The notes beneath the pieces are model-generated. The model made no database searches and was not told the origin of the DNA. It saw only the letters and a program-made list of their open reading frames with translations. 57,267 nt of DNA from an uncultured Staphylococcaceae bacterium. Its GTDB lineage: Bacteria > Bacillota_I > Bacilli_A > RFN20 > CAG-826. The stretch spans positions 28,543-85,809 of the forward strand of contig CAZLUI010000001.1 of NCBI GenBank assembly GCA_964562705.1, written 5' to 3'. This document shows positions 1-7,537 of this stretch, in pieces. The position numbers and the translations under genes were made by a program. Each line of letters begins with the position of its first letter. The first letter of the stretch is position 1.

Positions 1-266
1 CTGGTTCAAGTAGTTCATCCAGTAGTTCTTCTAGTTCATCTACTTCAATTGATACTTCTGATTTACTTCACTTAAGATTGAATTCATCCTCGTTTTCTTT
101 TTCAGGTAAATATGATACCGGAAATTATTCTGATTCAACGGATGGTACGAACGTTGTATCTGTCAGCGGCTATAATTTCCATTACTATTTAGCGACGAGT
201 TATTCTGGTGGTATTTGTAACTTACTACCTTTCTATGACAATGCTAGCGATGGCACTTTTATATAA
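1..266 (+). CDS. 5'-truncated fragment of a surface (lipo)protein: Ser-rich linker plus beta-type domain. It continues in another frame after an apparent 1-nt frameshift.
   Basis: Open in frame 3 from the window edge to TAA 264-266. It encodes GSSSSSSSSSSSSTS, then a Gly/Ser/Tyr-rich domain resembling the lipoproteins at 5166-5984 and 12086-12709 (FYDNASDG vs FYSSNNDAPGG). The start codon lies upstream of the window. Confidence 0.6.
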   Translation, partial: GSSSSSSSSSSSSTSIDTSDLLHLRLNSSSFSFSGKYDTGNYSDSTDGTNVVSVSGYNFHYYLATSYSGGICNLLPFYDNASDGTFI

Positions 267-1185
267 CGTGACCGGTTTCTCTGGTATTAAAAAACTTAGT
301 ATTACTTATTTAAATTCATCTGGAAATTCTTCACAATCAGGAATGAACATCAAATATGGTTCAACCTTCCCGCTTACTTATATTTCATCAGCTTCATATT
401 CAAGCGTTTCCAATACTTACAGTGTTACTTCCTCTTCTGGCTTTGATTATTTCTACATTGAAGCAGCAGGAAGCGCGAATTTATCGATTAGTCAAATTGA
501 TATCTATTACACATCTAGCGAGACATCTGCTGCAACATATGCTGACGTTGCAACAGATCAATATCGTATCAATCCTGTCAAATCAACTGCCTCACTAGTC
601 TCAGGCACTACGACGGTTTCAATTCCAACCGCTATTTCTAGAAGTGGTTCAACTTATTCAATTGTTGAATCAAAAACTTTAACTTATTATGCTTACGATG
701 ATGTCATCAATGGCGGCTATACTGCCGAAGAAGCAAGTGTAACCGATCCATTTGATATCGCTGCGTATTATTGTGCTTTTGGCAAAGCTCCTGCTAATTT
801 TGTTTTAAAAGGTAGCGTTAGTTCAACTGATAAGAGTGTATTTGGCAGTTATTTACGTTGCAACCAATGGTCTAAAAGGACAGATGGATATGTTAACGCT
901 GTTCCAAATTTAAAGAATGCTTCTAATTTTTCTACTTTGGGCTACAACGAATTTGATGTGGCTCTTAACAGCGCTTATTCCACCTCAAAACGAGGAATTG
1001 GCCGAGTTATCGTATTTAGCGCGGGACTTCCTGAAAGCGGATATGATTCATCTCCATACGTTGTATATTCAGATGACCATTATGCTACTTTCCAAGAATT
1101 CTATGGTTATGGGTTCTCACCTAGATTTGATTCGCAAACAAATCGAACTGGATATATTTGGTCAAATCCAACAACCTTAAGCTGA
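208..1185 (+). CDS. Secreted protein with a C-terminal barnase/RNase Sa (N1/T1 family) ribonuclease domain; probably the downstream part of the gene begun in 1-266
   Basis: Frame-1 ORF from the track. Its N-terminal part continues the paralogue-like domain (GIKKLSITY vs GIKFTGAG / GLIKFGKS). The last ~110 aa match barnase/RNase Sa by eye: FDIAAYYCAFGKAPANF (barnase FDGVADYLQTYHKLPDNY), YNEFDV (catalytic Glu), RGIGRVIV (Arg) and DDHYATF (RNase Sa GDHYATF, catalytic His). The ATG at 208 is probably not the real start. Confidence 0.75.
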   Translation: MVFVTYYLSMTMLAMALLYNVTGFSGIKKLSITYLNSSGNSSQSGMNIKYGSTFPLTYISSASYSSVSNTYSVTSSSGFDYFYIEAAGSANLSISQIDIYYTSSETSAATYADVATDQYRINPVKSTASLVSGTTTVSIPTAISRSGSTYSIVESKTLTYYAYDDVINGGYTAEEASVTDPFDIAAYYCAFGKAPANFVLKGSVSSTDKSVFGSYLRCNQWSKRTDGYVNAVPNLKNASNFSTLGYNEFDVALNSAYSTSKRGIGRVIVFSAGLPESGYDSSPYVVYSDDHYATFQEFYGYGFSPRFDSQTNRTGYIWSNPTTLS

Positions 1186-1199
1186 TTTAATACGTAATC

Positions 1200-1225
1200 G
1201 GAGTAGTAAATAACTACTCCTTTTT
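1200..1225 (+). terminator. Rho-independent terminator after the RNase-domain gene
   Basis: Perfect 8-bp stem GGAGTAGT (1200-1207) / ACTACTCC (1213-1220), 5-nt loop, then TTTTT. Confidence 0.8.
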
Positions 1226-1421
1226 GTTAGATATACATTTAGAATGCTTTTAATATTTATGATTAAATGGCATGTATATTAATTATCAATATGCCAAAAT
1301 GGCACAAGTAAAGTAATTTGATTTTATATGCCAATTATTAATAAATCATTTTCACAATTTTAAACTATATAATTGTCTATCAACAAAATTTTGCTAAACT
1401 ATATATGAAAGGAATTTTCAT

Positions 1422-2654
1422 ATGGATTCAAAATACAAAAAAGAATTCGAGCCTGGTTTTTCGCCACTTACAATATGCGAAGAAGCTTCGAGATGTTTAT
1501 TATGTCTTGATGCACCATGTTCGAAAGCATGCCCGGCTGGAACAAGTCCGGACAAATTTATCCGTTCAGTTAGATTCCGTAACTTCAAAGGCGCAGCCGA
1601 AACTATTCGTGAGAATAACGCTTTAGGTTCCATCTGTGCTCGCGTTTGTCCAACGGAGAAATATTGTCAGAAAGGTTGTTCAAGAAGCGGCATTGATCGT
1701 CCAATTGATATTGGCCGTATTCAACGTTATGTCACTGACTATGAAGAAGCTGTGAAGATGGATATTCTTAAAGCTGGTAAAGGAAATGGCAAAGCTATCG
1801 CTATTGTTGGTAGTGGTCCATCCGCCTTACAAGCTGCTGTTTCATTAAGACAACTTGGCTATGCAGTCGATGTCTATGAGAAAGAAAAAGTATTAGGCGG
1901 AATGCTCCGTTTAATTCCAGAATACCGTTTACCAGATCACATTGTCGATCATGAAATTGAGCGCATTGAGAAACTTGGAGTCAAATTCCATTGCGGCAAA
2001 TGTATCGGTAAAGATGTTTCCATTGAAGAACTCAAAAAAGGACATGAAGCAGTTATTCTTGCAGTTGGATATTCCTATGGCAAGATGCTTCCATTATTTA
2101 AAGACAACAAAAATGTTGAACTTGCCGTTGATTTCTTAAGAGAAGTCAAAGCCAAGAAAGGCGAAGTTAAAGTGCCTGCCAATGTTTTAGTTGTTGGTGG
2201 TGGCGACGTCGCTATGGACGTGGTTACGACCTTGAAATTACTCAATGTTGCTAACGTTACTGATGTTGTTTATGAACAATTCTCAGAATTCAAAGCCAGC
2301 AAGAAGGAACTTGAAGGTGCTGAAAAGATGGGCGCAACAATCATCGATGGTTATGTTCCAACTGCTATTGATGGCAAAGTTGTTTCATTTGCTCACCGTG
2401 TCATTAAGAGCGAAATCAAAATTGAAGCTGATAAGATTATCCTTGCCGTTGGTCAATATCCTGACGTTGAAGGTCTTGGTGTTGAACTCGTTAAAGGCGA
2501 AGTCAATGTTGGTTCTAAGTATTTAACCAAAGATCCAAAAGTATTCGTTTGTGGTGATATCGCCCATAGCGAATTCGATAAGACTGTTGTCGGTGGTGTT
2601 CGCACCGGAAAAGAAGTTGCTATCTTTGTCGATGCAGCTTTAGGAGGTAAATAA
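1422..2654 (+). CDS. preT: NAD-dependent dihydropyrimidine dehydrogenase subunit PreT (GltD-like Fe-S/FAD/NAD(P)H subunit)
   Basis: Long runs match E. coli PreT as I recall it ([49 protein letters not shown]). It has a GxGxxG dinucleotide fold ([14 protein letters not shown]) and sits directly before preA, with ATG 2656 two nt after its stop. Confidence 0.9.
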   Translation: MDSKYKKEFEPGFSPLTICEEASRCLLCLDAPCSKACPAGTSPDKFIRSVRFRNFKGAAETIRENNALGSICARVCPTEKYCQKGCSRSGIDRPIDIGRIQRYVTDYEEAVKMDILKAGKGNGKAIAIVGSGPSALQAAVSLRQLGYAVDVYEKEKVLGGMLRLIPEYRLPDHIVDHEIERIEKLGVKFHCGKCIGKDVSIEELKKGHEAVILAVGYSYGKMLPLFKDNKNVELAVDFLREVKAKKGEVKVPANVLVVGGGDVAMDVVTTLKLLNVANVTDVVYEQFSEFKASKKELEGAEKMGATIIDGYVPTAIDGKVVSFAHRVIKSEIKIEADKIILAVGQYPDVEGLGVELVKGEVNVGSKYLTKDPKVFVCGDIAHSEFDKTVVGGVRTGKEVAIFVDAALGGK

Positions 2655-2655
2655 G

Positions 2656-3903
2656 ATGGTTAATAAAGATTTATCCGTTAACTTCCTTGGTGTTCGCTTT
2701 GAAAACCCATTCTGCTTATCATCATCTCCAGTTGGTAACTGCTATGATATGTGCAAGAAAGCCTACGAAGTAGGTTGGGGTGGTGTGGTATTCAAAACCA
2801 TTGGTCCAAAATCATATTTCATTGATGAAGTTTCACCAAGATTTGATAAGTTAAATAAAGAAAATACTCCATTTGTTGGTTTTAAAAACATGGAGCAAAT
2901 TGCTGAGCATTCACTCGAAGAAAACCTTCGCGATGTTGCTCGCTTGAAAAAAGAATTCCCAAACAAAGTCCTCATCGCCTCAATCATGGGCAATGATGAA
3001 GCCACTTGGGAAGATTTAGCCCACAAAGTTGAAGTTGCCGGCGCTGATATGATCGAAATGAATCTATCTTGCCCACAGATGACTTCTCACGCCATGGGCA
3101 GTGATGTTGGTACAAATCCAGAACTATGCAAGAAATATTGCCAAGCCGTTAAGCGCGGTAGCAAACTTCCAATGATTGCCAAGATGACACCAAACATTAC
3201 TGATATGGTTCCGGTTGCTGTCGCCTGTCTTGAAGGTGGAGCTGATGGTATTGCTGCTATCAATACTATTAAATCAATTTGTAATATCGACTTAGATAAG
3301 AAAGTTGGTTTACCAATCGTTGATGGCAAATCCGCTATTTCCGGTTATTCGGGAAAAGCAGTTAAACCAGTCGCTCTTCGTTTCATTCAGCAAATGAGAC
3401 AAGACCCACGTCTAAAAGACTTAGCAATTTCTGGTATCGGTGGTATTGAAACTTGGGAAGACGCTGCAGAATTTATTCTTGCTGGTGCTTCAACTCTTCA
3501 AGTCACAACCGGTATTATGCAATATGGCTATCGTATCGTTGAAGATATGAAAAATGGTTTGATGCATTATATGGAAGAACAACATGTCGATCACTTAAGT
3601 GATTTAGTTGGTCTAGCCAATAAAAACATCATTCCTGCCGAAAGCCTCAACCGTGATTACATAGTTCGTCCAAATATTGATTTAGACAAATGTGTCCGTT
3701 GTGGACGTTGCTACATCTCTTGCTATGATGGTGGTCACCAAGCTATTGAATGGGACGAAGAAAAACGTGAACCAAAATGTAACACCGATAAATGTGTTGG
3801 CTGTCTCTTATGCGGTCATGTTTGCCCAGTCGGCGCCATCACTAAAGGTGAGATTACAATCAAAAAAGGTCGCAAGACAAAAATAGAAGATATTAAGCTC
3901 TAA
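2656..3903 (+). CDS. preA: Dihydropyrimidine dehydrogenase subunit PreA (DHOD-like FMN barrel plus 2x[4Fe-4S])
   Basis: Very close to E. coli PreA as recalled ([67 protein letters not shown]). C-terminal [11 protein letters not shown] and [12 protein letters not shown] ferredoxin motifs. Confidence 0.92.
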   Translation: MVNKDLSVNFLGVRFENPFCLSSSPVGNCYDMCKKAYEVGWGGVVFKTIGPKSYFIDEVSPRFDKLNKENTPFVGFKNMEQIAEHSLEENLRDVARLKKEFPNKVLIASIMGNDEATWEDLAHKVEVAGADMIEMNLSCPQMTSHAMGSDVGTNPELCKKYCQAVKRGSKLPMIAKMTPNITDMVPVAVACLEGGADGIAAINTIKSICNIDLDKKVGLPIVDGKSAISGYSGKAVKPVALRFIQQMRQDPRLKDLAISGIGGIETWEDAAEFILAGASTLQVTTGIMQYGYRIVEDMKNGLMHYMEEQHVDHLSDLVGLANKNIIPAESLNRDYIVRPNIDLDKCVRCGRCYISCYDGGHQAIEWDEEKREPKCNTDKCVGCLLCGHVCPVGAITKGEITIKKGRKTKIEDIKL

Positions 3904-3917
3904 ACTTAATTGAGACT

Positions 3918-3945
3918 AGATAGCGAGAAATCGCTATCTTTTCTT
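3918..3945 (+). terminator. Rho-independent terminator after preA
   Basis: Stem GATAGCGA (3919-3926) / TCGCTATC (3931-3938), GAAA loop, T-rich tail. Confidence 0.8.
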
Positions 3946-3946
3946 T

Positions 3947-4531
3947 ATGCTTATAGTTTATAATTCAATCATGAAATCCAGAAAACCATTAGAGCCTATT
4001 ACCAAGGTAAAATTATTAATTCAGGGTGAATACCTTGTTATTGCCATTCTCTTTTTAGTGTTTGGCATTTTAAAGATATGTGGAATTATGAACTCTTCAC
4101 CATTAAGAGCCCACATATTTAATTTTGTCACTTTAGCGGGTTCTTTATGGATTATTGCTGATTTTATTTGGTGCACTGTATCGAAGAAACGCAAAGAAAA
4201 AGTCACTTACTTAGATAAAGTTATTAATCTTCCACTTGGCATTTATCTTTTGATTTATAACATTATTTCGTTAGTGATTTGGGATAATGTCGCCGAGTGG
4301 TATCGTTATGGAATTTCTTTTGTCTTCTTCTATATTTTCTTATCATATTCATTCCAAGCTGTTTATCACTGGTTCTACCCAACTAAAGCTTTGCTTAACG
4401 CCGTTAGTGAAGTAGAGGAAGAAAAGAACAAGGAAGAAATTAAAGTTGAAGAAGCTAGCAAAGAAATCGTTAATGAAGATAAAGCGATTGGAAAAATTGA
4501 TGAAGTCGATGATAATAAAAAAGAGAAGTAA
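3947..4531 (+). CDS. Hypothetical polytopic membrane protein with a Glu/Lys-rich C-terminal tail
   Basis: ORF with about 4 hydrophobic segments (LVIAILFLVFGIL, LAGSLWIIADFIW, LPLGIYLLIYNIISLVIW, ISFVFFYIFLSYSF) and a charged tail (EEEKNKEEIKVEE...). An alternative start is ATG 3971 (MKSRK), which sits 6 nt after a TATAAT box. No family recognised. Confidence 0.6.
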   Translation: MLIVYNSIMKSRKPLEPITKVKLLIQGEYLVIAILFLVFGILKICGIMNSSPLRAHIFNFVTLAGSLWIIADFIWCTVSKKRKEKVTYLDKVINLPLGIYLLIYNIISLVIWDNVAEWYRYGISFVFFYIFLSYSFQAVYHWFYPTKALLNAVSEVEEEKNKEEIKVEEASKEIVNEDKAIGKIDEVDDNKKEK

Positions 4532-4594
4532 ATTTGTTTTACTAAAAATTGGAGGCAATTTAAATTAATCCGCAAATTAGGTATAGCATCTGTT

Positions 4595-5131
4595 ATGCTT
4601 TCTAGTTTGGTTTTTCTTGCCTCTTGCAATAGTTCGGTTAATGTCGATGTCTATGTCGATAACAAGATTTATCATTTACAAGTCGAAAAAGGATCTTCTT
4701 TAACTACTAAGGAAATGCTCGCTCAAAAAGAAACTGTATATGGATATACACCTGTTGGACCATTTGGCAATTCTTATTGCACTGATTTATATAGAGGTGA
4801 ACCTATTTTAGAAGATACCGAGTTTTTCTTTTCTTCGATTAGTGTTTTGCCACAAGACACATTATTCTGTGTATTTCCTCAAGTTAAAAAGCGAGTTGAA
4901 ATTGGTTGTGATTATTTGTTGGCGTATGATAATGAAGTTTTCATCAATGCTTTTAATAGTTATTATCTAGAACATTTTGAAAAAGAATTTGATTATAAAA
5001 TAACCTCCTTCTATTGGGATTATCATTCTCAAAGCGAGGAGTTTATAGATCGAGTTGAACACACCGAAGTGAATCAACCTATTTCGATTTGGGGTAATTG
5101 TTATATCCTGTATGGTGAAGTAGTTCTTTAG
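4595..5131 (+). CDS. Hypothetical lipoprotein
   Basis: Lipobox FLAS-C near the N-terminus (MLSSLVFLASCNSS). A strong GGAGG at 4551-4555 lies 40 nt upstream of this ATG, so the true start may be a non-ATG codon near 4565-4568 that adds the basic n-region IRKLGIASV. Confidence 0.6.
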   Translation: MLSSLVFLASCNSSVNVDVYVDNKIYHLQVEKGSSLTTKEMLAQKETVYGYTPVGPFGNSYCTDLYRGEPILEDTEFFFSSISVLPQDTLFCVFPQVKKRVEIGCDYLLAYDNEVFINAFNSYYLEHFEKEFDYKITSFYWDYHSQSEEFIDRVEHTEVNQPISIWGNCYILYGEVVL

Positions 5132-5165
5132 TTAAGGTATTTATATTAATCTTGGTTTCGAATCG

Positions 5166-5984
5166 TTAGATTTGAGGCCAAGATTTTATGTTGAGATAAT
5201 TCACGCCAACATTATATAGTTGTGATCCTTTATAGGCATTTGCGTTCATACGTAAATCAACATACGCAATTGAACTGGTGTAGCTTTCAGTGCAATAGAT
5301 TTTCACATAATTTCCTGCCGAACTTGTGGTGATAGTTTCAGCAACAACGGCGGAGTGACCAAGCAACGAACCAACATTATTAAAATAATATAAATGGAAT
5401 GTATCAGCATTCTTCACTGGTATTCCACTAGCGTTATTGACTTGTGAAATACCAATTCTAATTTCAAGTTTATTTCCGGTGTGGGTGAACATTTTACTTT
5501 GTAAGCCAATGCCTGCTCCAGTAAATTTGATTCCTCCTGGAGCGTCGTTGTTAGACGAATAGAAGTTTGGACTAGTTTTATGGTTTGTTGGACCATCGTC
5601 ATAAGCGTTTTTGTAGATGTATCTAAAATCAGTTGGAATCGATTCTTTGGTGGCGTTTTCATCCCACGAGGTTGATGTGTTATCGGTAACTAATGTAACT
5701 GGTGAAGCGGAGTTCTTTGGTAGATCCATTGAATAATAACCGCAGTCTAATTCGGTTCTACCGCTGAACCAATCATCGCTACTTGAAGTAGAGGATGAAC
5801 TTGAACTAGATGAACTACTTGAATCGCTACTTTGGGAAGTACTTGAGGTAGATTCACTAGTTGAGGAAGAAGTTGAATCACTTTGTGATGTTGTTGAAGA
5901 ATCACTCACACTTTCGCCACATGATGAAAGGGTGAGAAGTGGAAGGATGCTTAATAGTAATAAATGTTTTTTCATATGTAGCAA
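5166..5984 (-). CDS. Lipoprotein with a long Ser-rich linker; paralogue of 1-1185 and 12086-12709
   Basis: MKKHLLLLSILPLLTLSS-C signal/lipobox, a ~50-aa S/T/D linker, then a beta-type domain (GGIKFTGAGIGLQ...LEIRIGIS) shared with the other two lipoproteins. Confidence 0.75.
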   Translation of the reverse strand: MLHMKKHLLLLSILPLLTLSSCGESVSDSSTTSQSDSTSSSTSESTSSTSQSSDSSSSSSSSSSSTSSSDDWFSGRTELDCGYYSMDLPKNSASPVTLVTDNTSTSWDENATKESIPTDFRYIYKNAYDDGPTNHKTSPNFYSSNNDAPGGIKFTGAGIGLQSKMFTHTGNKLEIRIGISQVNNASGIPVKNADTFHLYYFNNVGSLLGHSAVVAETITTSSAGNYVKIYCTESYTSSIAYVDLRMNANAYKGSQLYNVGVNYLNIKSWPQI

Positions 5985-6190
5985 TTATACCTTAGGCGTT
6001 TTTTATTGCAAATTTATACAATGAATATGCCTTAATAATATGATTAAATTATATAAATAATCATGGTTGTAAAAGCGCTTACAAAGTGTTAGAGTGATTA
6101 TGCAATAAACTATGCTTTACTACATTGATTCTCTAATGAACAAATGACCGAAAGGTTGTTTTTATGTTGGAGAGAAAGAGAGGAATACTA

Positions 6191-7537
6191 ATGTATAAAA
6201 GTAAATATTTGAACGATTTGCTTGAACAAGTTAAGGCAAAAAACGGTGAACAAAAAGAGTTCATCTCCGCTGTTGAAGAGTTTTTTGATTCTATGGATTA
6301 TTTAGTCGATAAAGATCCACGTATTGAAGCTAACGCTATTCTTGAAAGATTAGTTATGCCAGAAAGAATTATGTCATTCCGTGTCCCATGGGTTGATGAT
6401 GCTGGCAAGATTCGTGTCAACAATGGTTATCGTGTGCAATTTAACTCAGCCATTGGACCTTATAAAGGTGGTATGAGATTTGATAAATCTGTTAACCTAT
6501 CAATTTTAAAATTCTTAGGTTTTGAACAAACCTTTAAAAACAGCTTAACTGGATTACCAATGGGTGGTGGCAAAGGTGGTGCTGATTTCGACCCTCGTGG
6601 AAAATCTGATGGTGAAGTTATGAGATTCTGCCAATCATTCATGGCTGAATTCTATCGTTATATTGGACCAAATACCGATGTTCCTGCTGGTGACTTAGGT
6701 TTCGGTGCTCGTGAAATCGGTTATATGTTTGGCTACTACAAAAAGATTACCAACGAATTCACTGGTGTCTTCACTGGTAAAGGCTTGAGCTATGGTGGTT
6801 CTCTTGGACGTCCAGAAGCAACTGGTTATGGCCTATTATATTTCGTTGCAGAAATGCTAAGAGAATATAAGAAAGATACCATTAAAGGCAAACGTGTCAT
6901 CATTTCTGGTTCTGGTAAAGTTGGTGGAATGGCCGCTGCTAAAGCTTATGAAATGGGCGCAAAGCTCGTCGCTATGAGTGATATTGAAGGTTATGTCTAT
7001 GACGAAAAAGGTCTAGATGTTCCATATATTGTTGAACACGCCAAAATGAAAGGAATGTTCTCCAAAGATTATGCTGCTGATCACAAGGGAGTTAAGTTTG
7101 TTGGTGATCCACATAAAATGTGGTCCACACCATGCGACATTGCTCTTCCATGCGCTACTCAAGGTGAAATCCATGAAGCTGATGCTAAGCTCTTAAAAGA
7201 GAATGGCTGCTACATGCTTGTTGAAGGTGCCAATATGCCATGTGATGTTGAAGCGATTCGTTATTTCAACACTCATGATGTTTTATTTGCTCCTGGCAAA
7301 GCCAGCAATGCTGGTGGTGTCGCTGTCAGCGGACTTGAGATGACTCAAAACGCTATTCACTTACCATGGACATTTGAAGAAGTGGATGCTCGTTTACAAC
7401 AAATTATGAAAGACATCTTCAAAAAATGTCACGAAACTGCAGTTAAATATGGTCAACCAAACAATGTTGCTTTGGGTGCCAATATTGCTGGCTTCTTAAA
7501 AGTACTTGAAGCCATGCTCGCACAAGGTGTTTGCTAA
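6191..7537 (+). CDS. gdhA: NADP-specific glutamate dehydrogenase
   Basis: Hallmark GdhA motifs: PERI.SFRVPWVDD.G...VN.GYRVQFNSAIGPYKGG.RF and KNSLTGLPMGGGKGGADFDP.GKSD. ATG 6191 (MYKSKY) follows AGAGAGG; the track ORF starts at 6164. Confidence 0.93.
   Translation: MYKSKYLNDLLEQVKAKNGEQKEFISAVEEFFDSMDYLVDKDPRIEANAILERLVMPERIMSFRVPWVDDAGKIRVNNGYRVQFNSAIGPYKGGMRFDKSVNLSILKFLGFEQTFKNSLTGLPMGGGKGGADFDPRGKSDGEVMRFCQSFMAEFYRYIGPNTDVPAGDLGFGAREIGYMFGYYKKITNEFTGVFTGKGLSYGGSLGRPEATGYGLLYFVAEMLREYKKDTIKGKRVIISGSGKVGGMAAAKAYEMGAKLVAMSDIEGYVYDEKGLDVPYIVEHAKMKGMFSKDYAADHKGVKFVGDPHKMWSTPCDIALPCATQGEIHEADAKLLKENGCYMLVEGANMPCDVEAIRYFNTHDVLFAPGKASNAGGVAVSGLEMTQNAIHLPWTFEEVDARLQQIMKDIFKKCHETAVKYGQPNNVALGANIAGFLKVLEAMLAQGVC

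Noticed and set aside
1-60. Ser-codon repeats here and at about 5765-5900 (minus strand) as possible non-coding repeat arrays
   Set aside because: They are in-frame low-complexity coding linkers with mixed Ser codons. They are not spaced direct repeats and show no CRISPR-like architecture.
1299-1316. TGGCAC at 1300-1305 looked like the -24 element of a sigma-54 promoter upstream of preT
   Set aside because: No TTGC(A/T) -12 element at the required 5-nt spacing (the sequence is TGGCACAAGTAAAGT), and no sigma-54 activator gene is nearby. I treated it as part of a TGGCA/TGCCA operator-like array instead.
1186-1421. Looked for a barstar-like immunity ORF or a purine riboswitch between the RNase gene and preT
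   Set aside because: Only very short ORFs without an RBS are present. I recognised no purine-riboswitch core (three-way junction with conserved loops), and the region is mostly A/T-rich.
5154-5164. GGTTTCGAATC resembles a tRNA T-arm/T-loop in the spacer between convergent genes
   Set aside because: It has one extra T relative to GGTTCGAATC. No acceptor stem, D-arm or anticodon arm can be drawn in the flanking 34-nt spacer.
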